Assembly: GCA_947445225.1 (NCBI GenBank)
Contig: CANFCX010000003.1
Coordinates: 1 to 57,055, forward strand
DNA length: 57,055 nt
From: Rhodospirillales bacterium
GTDB taxonomy: Bacteria; Pseudomonadota; Alphaproteobacteria; CACIAM-22H2
Direction: 5' to 3'
Of the stretch, positions 49,316 through 57,055 are shown one piece after another (position 1 is the stretch's first letter; each line of letters opens with the position of its first letter). The notes under the pieces were generated by a model that was not told where the DNA came from, searched no databases, and saw only the letters and a list, made by a program, of their open reading frames with translations. A program made the position numbers and the translations under genes.

Positions 49316-49735
49316 ATGGCCAATTTGAAGGGCTCCAAGACCGAGCAAAATCTGAAAGACGCCTTCTCCGGCGAATCGCAAGCCAATCGACGGTATCTCT
49401 ATTTCGCGCAAAAGGCCGATGTCGAAGGCTACAACGATGTTTCGGCGGTTTTTCGGTCGACGGCCGAGGGCGAAACCGGACACGCCCACGGCCACCTTGA
49501 ATTTCTCGAGGCCGTTGGGGATCCCGCGACGGGGTTGCCCATTGGCGACACCTCGAAGAACCTGAAAGCGGCGATCGCGGGCGAAACCCATGAGTACACC
49601 GACATGTACCCGGGTATGGCCAAGGTCGCCCGCCAGGAAGGCTTCGGCGAGATCGCCGATTGGTTCGAGACTCTGGCGAAAGCTGAACGGTCTCATGCCG
49701 GCCGGTTCCAAAGGGCTCTCGATACTTTGACCTAA
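49316..49735 (+). CDS. Rubrerythrin (short aerobic type, no rubredoxin domain)
   Basis: [42 protein letters not shown]. Confidence 0.93.
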   Translation: MANLKGSKTEQNLKDAFSGESQANRRYLYFAQKADVEGYNDVSAVFRSTAEGETGHAHGHLEFLEAVGDPATGLPIGDTSKNLKAAIAGETHEYTDMYPGMAKVARQEGFGEIADWFETLAKAERSHAGRFQRALDTLT

Positions 49736-49746
49736 GAGCCTTCTCG

Positions 49747-49777
49747 GCCCTGCCGCAGCCTCGTGCTGCGGCGGGGC
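49747..49777 (+). terminator. Intra-operonic stem-loop after rubrerythrin
   Basis: GCCCTGCCGCAGC CTCGT GCTGCGGCGGGGC; no U-tract. Confidence 0.5.
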
Positions 49778-49835
49778 TACAACCGGAATGCGGCCGATTT
49801 CCGATCGAACGCGGCCCTGGGGATGGAGTACAATC

Positions 49836-51185
49836 TTGCGCGAAGGTAGCCTCGAAGCGCCAACTCGCCATCCGGTCGCGTGGAACGACCCGGCTTTCAC
49901 CGACCCGGCCGCCATCGACGCCGAATTGAGGCGGATTTTCGACATCTGCCACGGCTGCCGCCGCTGTTTCAATCTGTGCGACAGCTTTCCCCGGCTGTTC
50001 GACTTGGTCGACAACGCACCGACCGGGGAACTCGATTCGGTCGACAGCAAGGATTTCAAGGGCGTCGTTGACGCCTGCACGCTGTGCGACATGTGTTTCA
50101 TGACGAAATGCCCCTATGTTCCGCCGCACGCCTTCAACCTCGATTTTCCGCATTTGATGCTGCGGTATCGCGTCGCCGAGGCGAAGGCCGGCATGAACAA
50201 CGTGGTCGAGGGGTTGCTGTCGGAGACCGACCGCAACGGCAAAATGGCGGGGATGGTCGCGCCGCTGGCCAATTGGGCGGGAAAGACCGGTAACCGCCTC
50301 ACCCGGCCGGCGATGGAAAAGGCCCTTGGTGTGCATCGCGACGCACACCTGCCGAAATTTCACGGAAAAAGCTTTTCGCGGCGGGCGCGCACCGAGGCGC
50401 CGCCACGCGCGGCGAACGCCCCGGCGTTGGCGCGCAAGGCCGCGCTTTATGCGACCTGTTTCGTGAACTACAACAACCCCGATATCGGCATGGCGGCGCT
50501 CGGCGTTCTGGCCAAGAACGGCGTCGACGCCAAAGTCGTTTATCCCCGTTGCTGCGGCATGCCACAGCTCGAACGCGGGGAAATCGAGCGGGTCGCCGAA
50601 GCCGCGCGGGCGGTTGCGCGAGATCTGGCGCCGGTTCTCGATGACGGTTACGACATCGTCGCCCTCATGCCGTCCTGCGCGCTGATGATGAAATTCGAAT
50701 GGCCGTTGATCGTGCCCGACGATCCCGCGGTCAAGCGCCTCGCCAAGGCGACTTTCGACATCAGCGAATACGTCGTGGACATCGCCCGCAAGGAGGGCAT
50801 GGCCCCTGGAATGCAGCCGCTTCCCGGTGGCGTGACGCTTCATCTGGCCTGCCATTCGCGCGCCCAAAACATGGGTCCGAAGGCGGCGGAGATGCTCCGT
50901 CTCATCCCGGGCGCCGATGTCGCCGTGATCGAGCGATGCTCCGGTCACGGCGGTTCCTGGGGGGTCATGAAGGAGAATTTCGAGGTGGCGCTGAAGGTTG
51001 GCCGGCCGGTCGTTAAACAGGCGATCGCCAACGCCAAGGCGCATCTGGCGTCGGAATGTCCGTTGGCCGGCGCTCATATCGTCCAGGGAATGCAGCGCAG
51101 CGATGGCGACAAGGCGCCCGCGGCCGCCGTCCATCCCATCCAATTGCTGGCCCGGGCCTACGGCCTGGACGGCGCCGCCTCCTAA
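49836..51185 (+). CDS. Rubrerythrin-associated Fe-S oxidoreductase (GlpC/HdrD-like CCG domains); TTG start
   Basis: REGSLEAP, CHGCRRCFNLC, CTLCDMC..KCPY, CCGMP, CSGHGG, SECP. Confidence 0.9.
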   Translation: MREGSLEAPTRHPVAWNDPAFTDPAAIDAELRRIFDICHGCRRCFNLCDSFPRLFDLVDNAPTGELDSVDSKDFKGVVDACTLCDMCFMTKCPYVPPHAFNLDFPHLMLRYRVAEAKAGMNNVVEGLLSETDRNGKMAGMVAPLANWAGKTGNRLTRPAMEKALGVHRDAHLPKFHGKSFSRRARTEAPPRAANAPALARKAALYATCFVNYNNPDIGMAALGVLAKNGVDAKVVYPRCCGMPQLERGEIERVAEAARAVARDLAPVLDDGYDIVALMPSCALMMKFEWPLIVPDDPAVKRLAKATFDISEYVVDIARKEGMAPGMQPLPGGVTLHLACHSRAQNMGPKAAEMLRLIPGADVAVIERCSGHGGSWGVMKENFEVALKVGRPVVKQAIANAKAHLASECPLAGAHIVQGMQRSDGDKAPAAAVHPIQLLARAYGLDGAAS

Positions 51186-51205
51186 TCGGGGCGAAGGGTT
51201 GCGCC

Positions 51206-51808
51206 ATGAGCCAGAGACGCCAGGTGACCGCGGCCGAAATCCTGCCGCTTGAGGACTACAACCGAAAACGCCCGGCAAAACGGCGGGAGATGGTGGTTCT
51301 CAAGGCGAGGCGGCGCATGGAAGTCGGCCCGTTCGCCATGTTCAATTTCGAGAACTACGACACGATGTGGTACCAAATTCACGAGATGCTGGCGATCGAG
51401 AAGGGCGCCGAGGCGCAGCTCAAAGAGGAGCTGGCCGCCTATAACCCCTTGATTCCGAACGGTCGCGAACTCGTCGCCACGGTCATGTTCGAAATCGAGG
51501 ACCCAGTTCGGCGGGGCCGGGTTCTCGCCCAACTCGGCGGCGTCGAGCATTCGGCCTTTCTAACCGTAGGCGGCGACCGTATCGTGGGACAAAGCGAAGA
51601 CGACTCGGAGCGAACGCGCGCCGATGGCAAGGCCTCGGCGGTGCAATTCGTGCATTTCCCATTTTCGCCGGCTCAGATCGAAGTTTTCCGGAGATCCGGG
51701 GCGCAAATCGTTCTTGGCTTCGATCATCCCAACTATCGCCATATGGCGGTGATGCCCGACGACGTCCGCCGGGAATTGGCCGCGGATTTCGAGGCGCCAC
51801 CTGCTTAA
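51206..51808 (+). CDS. DUF3501 family protein
   Basis: FENYDTMWYQIHEM..IEK, AYNPLIP, ATVMFEI, KASAVQF; context downstream of rubrerythrin/Fe-S gene. Confidence 0.88.
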   Translation: MSQRRQVTAAEILPLEDYNRKRPAKRREMVVLKARRRMEVGPFAMFNFENYDTMWYQIHEMLAIEKGAEAQLKEELAAYNPLIPNGRELVATVMFEIEDPVRRGRVLAQLGGVEHSAFLTVGGDRIVGQSEDDSERTRADGKASAVQFVHFPFSPAQIEVFRRSGAQIVLGFDHPNYRHMAVMPDDVRRELAADFEAPPA

Positions 51809-51927
51809 GTTAGATGGCCGCAGCAACGGTTCGCATCGCCCGGCGATCCGTGTATAGATTGGGGACGCGTTTGGACGGCGCGCGGCGCGCGCGGTCCATC
51901 TCGAGGTTCGGCCAATACACGCGCGGC

Positions 51928-51959
51928 TGATCCGAACAACGGCCGGCCATCGTATGACA
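51928..51959 (+). promoter_or_regulatory. Putative RpoE(ChrR-type) ECF promoter TGATCC-N17-CGTA upstream of MBL hydrolase
   Basis: TGATCC 51928-51933 and CGTATGACA 51951-51959; same boxes as at 2369-2399. Confidence 0.6.
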
Positions 51960-52003
51960 ATAACCAAACAGCGCGTGGAGCAAAGAGTAGCAGGGGGACG
52001 ACG

Positions 52004-52828
52004 ATGAGCTTCAAGCTCAAATTCTGGGGTGTGCGCGGGAGTATTGCTTGTCCGTCGCCGAGGCATATCGCCTTTGGTGGCAACACCAGCTGCATCGAGG
52101 TCACATGCGGTAGCCATCGCATCATCCTCGACGCCGGGACGGGCATCCGCGGTCTCGGTCATTGGCTGCTCAAGAAGAACATCAATCGCGCCACCATTTT
52201 GTTGACGCACACGCATTGGGATCACATCAACGGGTTTCCCTTCTTCTCGCCCGCCTATCACCCCAACCACGAGTTCCGGCTCATGGCCGGCCAACTTTCG
52301 GACAAGGGCGGCATCAAGAACATCCTGGCTGGCCAAATGGCCACGCCGACATTCCCGGTGCCGATCGAGACAATGCGGGCAAAGATCGCGTTCGAGGATT
52401 TTCGCGCCGGCGACACCTTTACAGTCGAGAACGGGGTTACCATCAAGACCGCCCCGCTCAATCATCCCGACGGCGCCACCGGATACCGGATCGAATATCG
52501 GGGCAAGTCGCTGTGTTATGTCACCGACACCGAACATGTGCCCGGCAGGCTCGACCAAAACATCCTGGCCCTGATCGAAGGCGCCGAATACGTGATCTAT
52601 GATTCCACCTACACCGATGCCGAGTTCAAGAACAAGGTCGGTTGGGGCCATTCCACCTGGGAAGAAGGCGTCCGCCTCTGCCAGGCCGCCAATGCGAAAT
52701 CCTTGGTCATCTTCCATCACGATCCCGACCACGAGGATCTGTTCATGGAAGAATTGGAGGCCAAGGCGCGCATCACCTGGTCGCAGACCATCGTCGCCCG
52801 CGAACATATGCGGCTGATGATCGCCTAA
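52004..52828 (+). CDS. MBL-fold metallohydrolase (RNase Z / cyclic-nucleotide PDE-like)
   Basis: FWGVRGS, GGNTSC, DAGTG, THTHWDH, TDTE, GHS, FHHDP. Confidence 0.9.
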   Translation: MSFKLKFWGVRGSIACPSPRHIAFGGNTSCIEVTCGSHRIILDAGTGIRGLGHWLLKKNINRATILLTHTHWDHINGFPFFSPAYHPNHEFRLMAGQLSDKGGIKNILAGQMATPTFPVPIETMRAKIAFEDFRAGDTFTVENGVTIKTAPLNHPDGATGYRIEYRGKSLCYVTDTEHVPGRLDQNILALIEGAEYVIYDSTYTDAEFKNKVGWGHSTWEEGVRLCQAANAKSLVIFHHDPDHEDLFMEELEAKARITWSQTIVAREHMRLMIA

Positions 52829-52841
52829 AGGTCCCGGCCGG

Positions 52842-53348
52842 CTATTTGGCGGTTTCGTCCGGCGTCGGGCCCCAGATATCGGTTCGTTTGAGCCATCCGA
52901 CCAGGCCGGCGACTTCGATTCGGCACCATTGGACCTCGCATGCGCGCATGGTCCCGATGACACCGGGCTCGATGCGGGCGAGGATGACGGAGTCCTCGGC
53001 GGGTTTGCGATACAGTACCCGGACCTCCCCAGTGACGAGCACGTTGCGGGCGGTGGAGAGCATGCTTTGATGCACCCAGCCTTCGGTGCCCTGCCAATCC
53101 CTGATTTTCCGCCAGTTTTCGAATTGGGCGACGACCTCGACCGGCAATTGCCGCCGGCGGTAAACCCAATCAACCGGGTAACGCACGCCCGGCCCTGTGC
53201 GCAGATTTACTTCGTCGGCGCGGAGGCTGGCAAAACGCGGCGGGGCCGGATCGGCGGCCTGAGACAATGCCGGGATCAGAACCGCGGCGACAACAACCGC
53301 CAGAATGGCCAGCCGCCTCCAAACCGGGGAAGCGGCTGGACATTCCAA
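52842..53348 (-). CDS. Periplasmic bacterial SH3 domain protein; start approximate
   Basis: PRFASL, VNLRTGPG, WRKIRD..GTEGWV, WC, GW; divergent from the dehydrogenase gene. Confidence 0.85.
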   Translation of the reverse strand: MECPAASPVWRRLAILAVVVAAVLIPALSQAADPAPPRFASLRADEVNLRTGPGVRYPVDWVYRRRQLPVEVVAQFENWRKIRDWQGTEGWVHQSMLSTARNVLVTGEVRVLYRKPAEDSVILARIEPGVIGTMRACEVQWCRIEVAGLVGWLKRTDIWGPTPDETAK

Positions 53349-53382
53349 GATGCGCTTGCTATGGACCGCGCGGGAGCGTGCC

Positions 53383-54369
53383 ATGACTTCTAGAAAACCC
53401 CTCGTCTTCGTCACCCGGAAATTGCCCGACGTCATCGAGACCCGGATGATGGAGCTATTTCAGACACGGCTCAACCTCGACGATCATCCCATGGGGCAGG
53501 CGGAGCTGATCGAAGCCGCCAAGACCGCGCATGTTCTCGTTCCCACCGTTACCGACCGCATCGATTCGGGTGTGTTGTCCCAGGCCGGCCCCGATCTGCG
53601 CCTGATTGCCTCGTTCGGCACCGGCGTCGACCATATCGACCTTGCCACCGCGCGCAGTCGCGGCATCACCGTCACCAACACGCCGGGCGTGTTGACCGAG
53701 GACACGGCCGATATGACGATGGCCTTGATCCTCGCCGTTCCGCGGCGGTTGACCGAAGGCGAAAGGCTGGTGCGCGCGGGTGGGTGGAGCGGCTGGAGCC
53801 CCACTTTCATGCTCGGCAACCGAATTTGGGGCAAACGGCTGGGGATCATCGGCATGGGCCGGATCGGCACCGCCGTCGCCCGCCGGGCCCGCGGATTCGG
53901 TCTTTCGATCCATTACCACAACCGGCGCCGCGTCGACCCCGCGTTGGAGGCCGAACTCGAGGCCACATATTGGGAGAGTCTCGACCAGATGCTGGCCCAT
54001 ATGGACATCGTTTCGGTCAACTGCCCACACACGCCGGCGACCTATCATTTGCTCTCGGCCCGGCGGCTCAAACTTCTGCGTCCGCATGCCTATGTCGTCA
54101 ACACCGCGCGCGGCGAGGTCATCGACGAAAACGCCTTGGCCCGCATGCTCATCAGCCGGGAAATTCGCGGTGCGGGTCTGGACGTCTATGAAAACGAACC
54201 TTCGATCAACCCCAAGCTGCTCCAGCTCGAAAACGTCGTGCTGCTTCCCCATATGGGCTCCGCCACCATGGAAGGCCGCGTCGACATGGGAGAGAAGGTC
54301 ATTATCAACATCAAGACCTTCGTCGACGGCCATGCCCCGCCTGATCGCGTGATCGAAACGATGTTCTGA
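53383..54369 (+). CDS. D-glycerate dehydrogenase / glyoxylate reductase (D-2-hydroxyacid dehydrogenase)
   Basis: TNTPGVLTEDTAD, GIIGMGRIG, NTARG, GLDVYE, LPHMGS. Confidence 0.92.
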   Translation: MTSRKPLVFVTRKLPDVIETRMMELFQTRLNLDDHPMGQAELIEAAKTAHVLVPTVTDRIDSGVLSQAGPDLRLIASFGTGVDHIDLATARSRGITVTNTPGVLTEDTADMTMALILAVPRRLTEGERLVRAGGWSGWSPTFMLGNRIWGKRLGIIGMGRIGTAVARRARGFGLSIHYHNRRRVDPALEAELEATYWESLDQMLAHMDIVSVNCPHTPATYHLLSARRLKLLRPHAYVVNTARGEVIDENALARMLISREIRGAGLDVYENEPSINPKLLQLENVVLLPHMGSATMEGRVDMGEKVIINIKTFVDGHAPPDRVIETMF

Positions 54370-54378
54370 TCGGGCGCC

Positions 54379-54783
54379 CTACCACGGCATGAAGCAATCG
54401 TAGTTGCGCTGGGCGACGATCCGCCCCTGGCGAAATTCAAAGAACACGGCGAAATGGGCCTTCATCGTCGCTCCGGCCGGCAGGGTGCCCAGAGCCACGC
54501 GCAACGTGGCTTCCCAAAAGGCCTCGATCGCGACCTGGTCGCCATTGGCGACGGCGTTGCGGATGTCAAAACGTTGGTTGGCCACGATCTTCTGCCCGCG
54601 TTCCGCGGCATCGAGAATGGCGGCCAGATCGCGCCGCGCGCCTTGGGCCATGAGCCGGTTTGGAAATTCCTCCTGCACGACTTCGGGATCGTAGAATTTC
54701 GCGAGGTCCTCTCCGGTGGCACCCCGCTCGATAGCGCGAAGACATTCGCGTACGATTGCGATGGGGTCGCTCGACGTTTCCAT
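54379..54783 (-). CDS. SnoaL/NTF2-like family protein
   Basis: QEEFPNRL, GDQVAIE, GRIVAQRNYDCF. Confidence 0.8.
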   Translation of the reverse strand: METSSDPIAIVRECLRAIERGATGEDLAKFYDPEVVQEEFPNRLMAQGARRDLAAILDAAERGQKIVANQRFDIRNAVANGDQVAIEAFWEATLRVALGTLPAGATMKAHFAVFFEFRQGRIVAQRNYDCFMPW

Positions 54784-54892
54784 TCTTGATGCCTCACTTG
54801 TCTGTTCGGGCGGATCGGTTGGATGGCGGCTGGGGTAAGGCTCATACGAAGACCGGCGGGCAATGGGCGCGCGGTCGATCCGGGGCGGCGCG

Positions 54893-55927
54893 ATGATAGT
54901 TCTTGGCATTGAAACCAGTTGCGATGAAACGGCGGCGGCCATCGTAACCGGCGACCGCGCGGTGTTGTCCGATCTCGTGTTGTCGCAACTTGAAATCCAT
55001 CGGCCGTTCGGCGGCGTGGTTCCGGAGATCGCCGCGCGTGCTCATCTCGAACACCTCGATTCCCTGATTGGGCGCGCCGTCACCGCCGCCGGGGTGGGAT
55101 TTCACGACCTCGACGCCATCGCGGCGACGGCCGGCCCGGGGCTGATCGGCGGGCTCATTGTCGGCGTGACCATGGCCAAAGCGATTGCCTGTGTGCATGA
55201 TTTGCCTTTCATCGCGGTCAATCACCTGGAAGGACACGCGTTGAGCGCGAATTTGGCCGAGATCGTCAGCTTTCCCTATTTGCTGTTGCTTGTCTCCGGC
55301 GGCCATTGCCAGTTGCTGATCGTCGAGGATGTCGGCCGCTATCGGCGATTGGGCGGCACGCTCGACGATGCCATTGGCGAGGCATTCGACAAGACGGCGA
55401 AACTCCTGGGACTCAGTTATCCGGGCGGTCCGGCGGTGGAGCGGGCCGCCGCCCGCGGGGATGTCGGGCGGTTTACCTTGCCGCGCCCGATGGTCGGACG
55501 GCCGGGCTGCGATTTTTCCTTTTCCGGCTTGAAGACCGCCGTCGCCCGCGCGGTCGAAACTCTGCCCGCCGGCCCCTTGGCGGATCGAGACGTCGCCGAT
55601 CTTGCCGCCGGCTTTCAGGCCGCCGCGGCGGACGTCGTGGACGATCGCACGGCAAACGCCATCGCGGCTTTCAAGCGGAGTCACCCGTCCGGCGAATCCC
55701 TGGTCGTGGCCGGGGGCGTCGCCGCCAATCAGGTCCTGCGCACGCGCCTGAAGGCATTAGCCGCCCGCAACGACCTCCGCTTCATCGCGCCGCCGCCGCG
55801 CCTTTGCACCGACAATGCCGCCATGATCGCGTGGGTCGGGATTGAACGGCTGCGGCGCGGCCTTGTCGATGGGATGGACTTCGCGGCGCGACCGCGGTGG
55901 CCACTCGAATCGATGGGGGCGCCATGA
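54893..55927 (+). CDS. tsaD: tRNA N6-threonylcarbamoyltransferase
   Basis: [53 protein letters not shown]. Confidence 0.96.
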   Translation: MIVLGIETSCDETAAAIVTGDRAVLSDLVLSQLEIHRPFGGVVPEIAARAHLEHLDSLIGRAVTAAGVGFHDLDAIAATAGPGLIGGLIVGVTMAKAIACVHDLPFIAVNHLEGHALSANLAEIVSFPYLLLLVSGGHCQLLIVEDVGRYRRLGGTLDDAIGEAFDKTAKLLGLSYPGGPAVERAAARGDVGRFTLPRPMVGRPGCDFSFSGLKTAVARAVETLPAGPLADRDVADLAAGFQAAAADVVDDRTANAIAAFKRSHPSGESLVVAGGVAANQVLRTRLKALAARNDLRFIAPPPRLCTDNAAMIAWVGIERLRRGLVDGMDFAARPRWPLESMGAP

Positions 55928-55952
55928 TGGGCTCGTTCCGGCGGTCCCGGCC

Positions 55953-56957
55953 ATGAAACATGTCGGGATCATCGGCGCCGGCGCTTGGGGCACCGCGCTG
56001 GCCCTCGTCGCCAGCCGCGCCGGCCGTTCCACTCTGGTCTGGGCGTTGGAGCCCGAAGTGGCGGCCGACATCAACACCAACCATAGGAACGAGGCGTTGC
56101 TTCCCGGCATCGAACTCGATCCGTCCATCCGCGCGACCGGTGATTTGGCCGCCGCCGCCGCCGCCGACATCGTGTTGTTGACGGTGCCGGCTCAATTCAT
56201 GCGCGGGGTCGTTGCCAAATTGGCGCCAGATCTGCGGGCCGGCGCGCCGGTAGTGATCTGCGCCAAGGGCATCGAAATCGAGACCGGTGCGTTGATGAGC
56301 GAGGTTGTCGCGTCGTCCTTGCCGCGCGCCCCGTACGCGGTTCTCTCCGGGCCGACCTTCGCCGACGAAATCGCGCGCGGTTTGCCGGCCGCGGCGACGC
56401 TGGCCTGTACCGACACGGTTCTTGGCCGGCGGATCGTGGAGGCGATTGGCGGGTCGTTCTTCCGGCCCTATCTGGCCGACGATCCGATCGGGGCGCAGGT
56501 TGGCGGCGCGGTGAAGAACACCATCGCCATCGGCTGCGGGATCGTGACGGGAAGACAGTTAGGGCACAGCGCGCGCGCCGCGCTCATCACGCGCGGCTTG
56601 GCCGAAATGGCCCGTCTGGCGGTCGCGTGCGGCGGCCGCGCGGAGACCATGATGGGGTTGTCCGGGATCGGCGATCTGACGTTGACCTGCAATGCCGAGA
56701 AATCGCGGAACTATGCCCTCGGCGTCGCCCTGGGCGGGGGGGCGCGGCTCGCCGACATACTCGCCGGACGGCGGTCGGTCGTCGAGGGAGTCTATACCGC
56801 AACCGCGGTGACAAGACTGGCGAACCGGCTGGGGGTCGACGTCCCGATCTGCGAGGCGGTGAACGCCATTTTACATGGCGGGGCGGACATCGGTGCGTCG
56901 ATCGAGGCCCTGCTGGCCCGGCCCTTCCGCAGCGAAGGTTTGGGTGTCCTGGCCTGA
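55953..56957 (+). CDS. gpsA: NAD(P)H-dependent glycerol-3-phosphate dehydrogenase
   Basis: GAGAWGTALA, KGIE, LSGPTFA, GGAVKN, GIGDLTLTC, SRN. Confidence 0.95.
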   Translation: MKHVGIIGAGAWGTALALVASRAGRSTLVWALEPEVAADINTNHRNEALLPGIELDPSIRATGDLAAAAAADIVLLTVPAQFMRGVVAKLAPDLRAGAPVVICAKGIEIETGALMSEVVASSLPRAPYAVLSGPTFADEIARGLPAAATLACTDTVLGRRIVEAIGGSFFRPYLADDPIGAQVGGAVKNTIAIGCGIVTGRQLGHSARAALITRGLAEMARLAVACGGRAETMMGLSGIGDLTLTCNAEKSRNYALGVALGGGARLADILAGRRSVVEGVYTATAVTRLANRLGVDVPICEAVNAILHGGADIGASIEALLARPFRSEGLGVLA

Positions 56958-57055
56958 ACGCGGTCCGGTCGAGGGCCGGCCCGGTTACGGCGTCGCTTGG
57001 CGGCACCGCCGGCTTGCTTTAGCCTCCGGCCAAAGGCGGAGGACGCGATGGATTA

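Noticed and set aside
57048-57055. Start of a further gene (GGAGGA SD then ATG)
   Set aside because: Only 8 bases lie in the window, so it cannot be identified

Overview
High-GC alphaproteobacterial (Rhodospirillales-like) chromosomal segment with about 60 densely packed protein-coding genes. I found no rRNA, tRNA, CRISPR array, transposase or prophage genes. Housekeeping content: argG (partial), rlmN, coaBC-dut, cysK, moeB, hemC-hemD-Mic60-like-hemY, tsaD-gpsA, acetoacetate-CoA ligase and tesA/ybbAP-like genes. Accessory or poorly understood modules: (1) an ECF sigma factor/ChrR pair with a TGATCC-N16-CGTATGACA promoter that recurs about 49.5 kb away upstream of an MBL-fold hydrolase; (2) a polyprenyl-sugar lipid A modification trio (GT2, LAB_N, ArnT-like); (3) a locus with a CBS-DUF294 nucleotidyltransferase, a membrane-anchored DEDDh exonuclease, a DUF4212/sodium:solute symporter with a structured leader and several orphan small proteins, next to a GAF-HD-GYP gene, which is the best candidate for an uncharacterised system; (4) two TPR-GT9-like glycosyltransferases and a CHASE2 adenylate cyclase with an (E/D)RR-repeat N-terminus appended to the heme/Mic60 operon, facing a TolC; (5) a perfect spacer-less 58-bp palindrome; (6) Irr plus an ICE box upstream of rubrerythrin-Fe-S oxidoreductase-DUF3501. 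All calls rest on motif recognition by eye, and some start codons are approximate.
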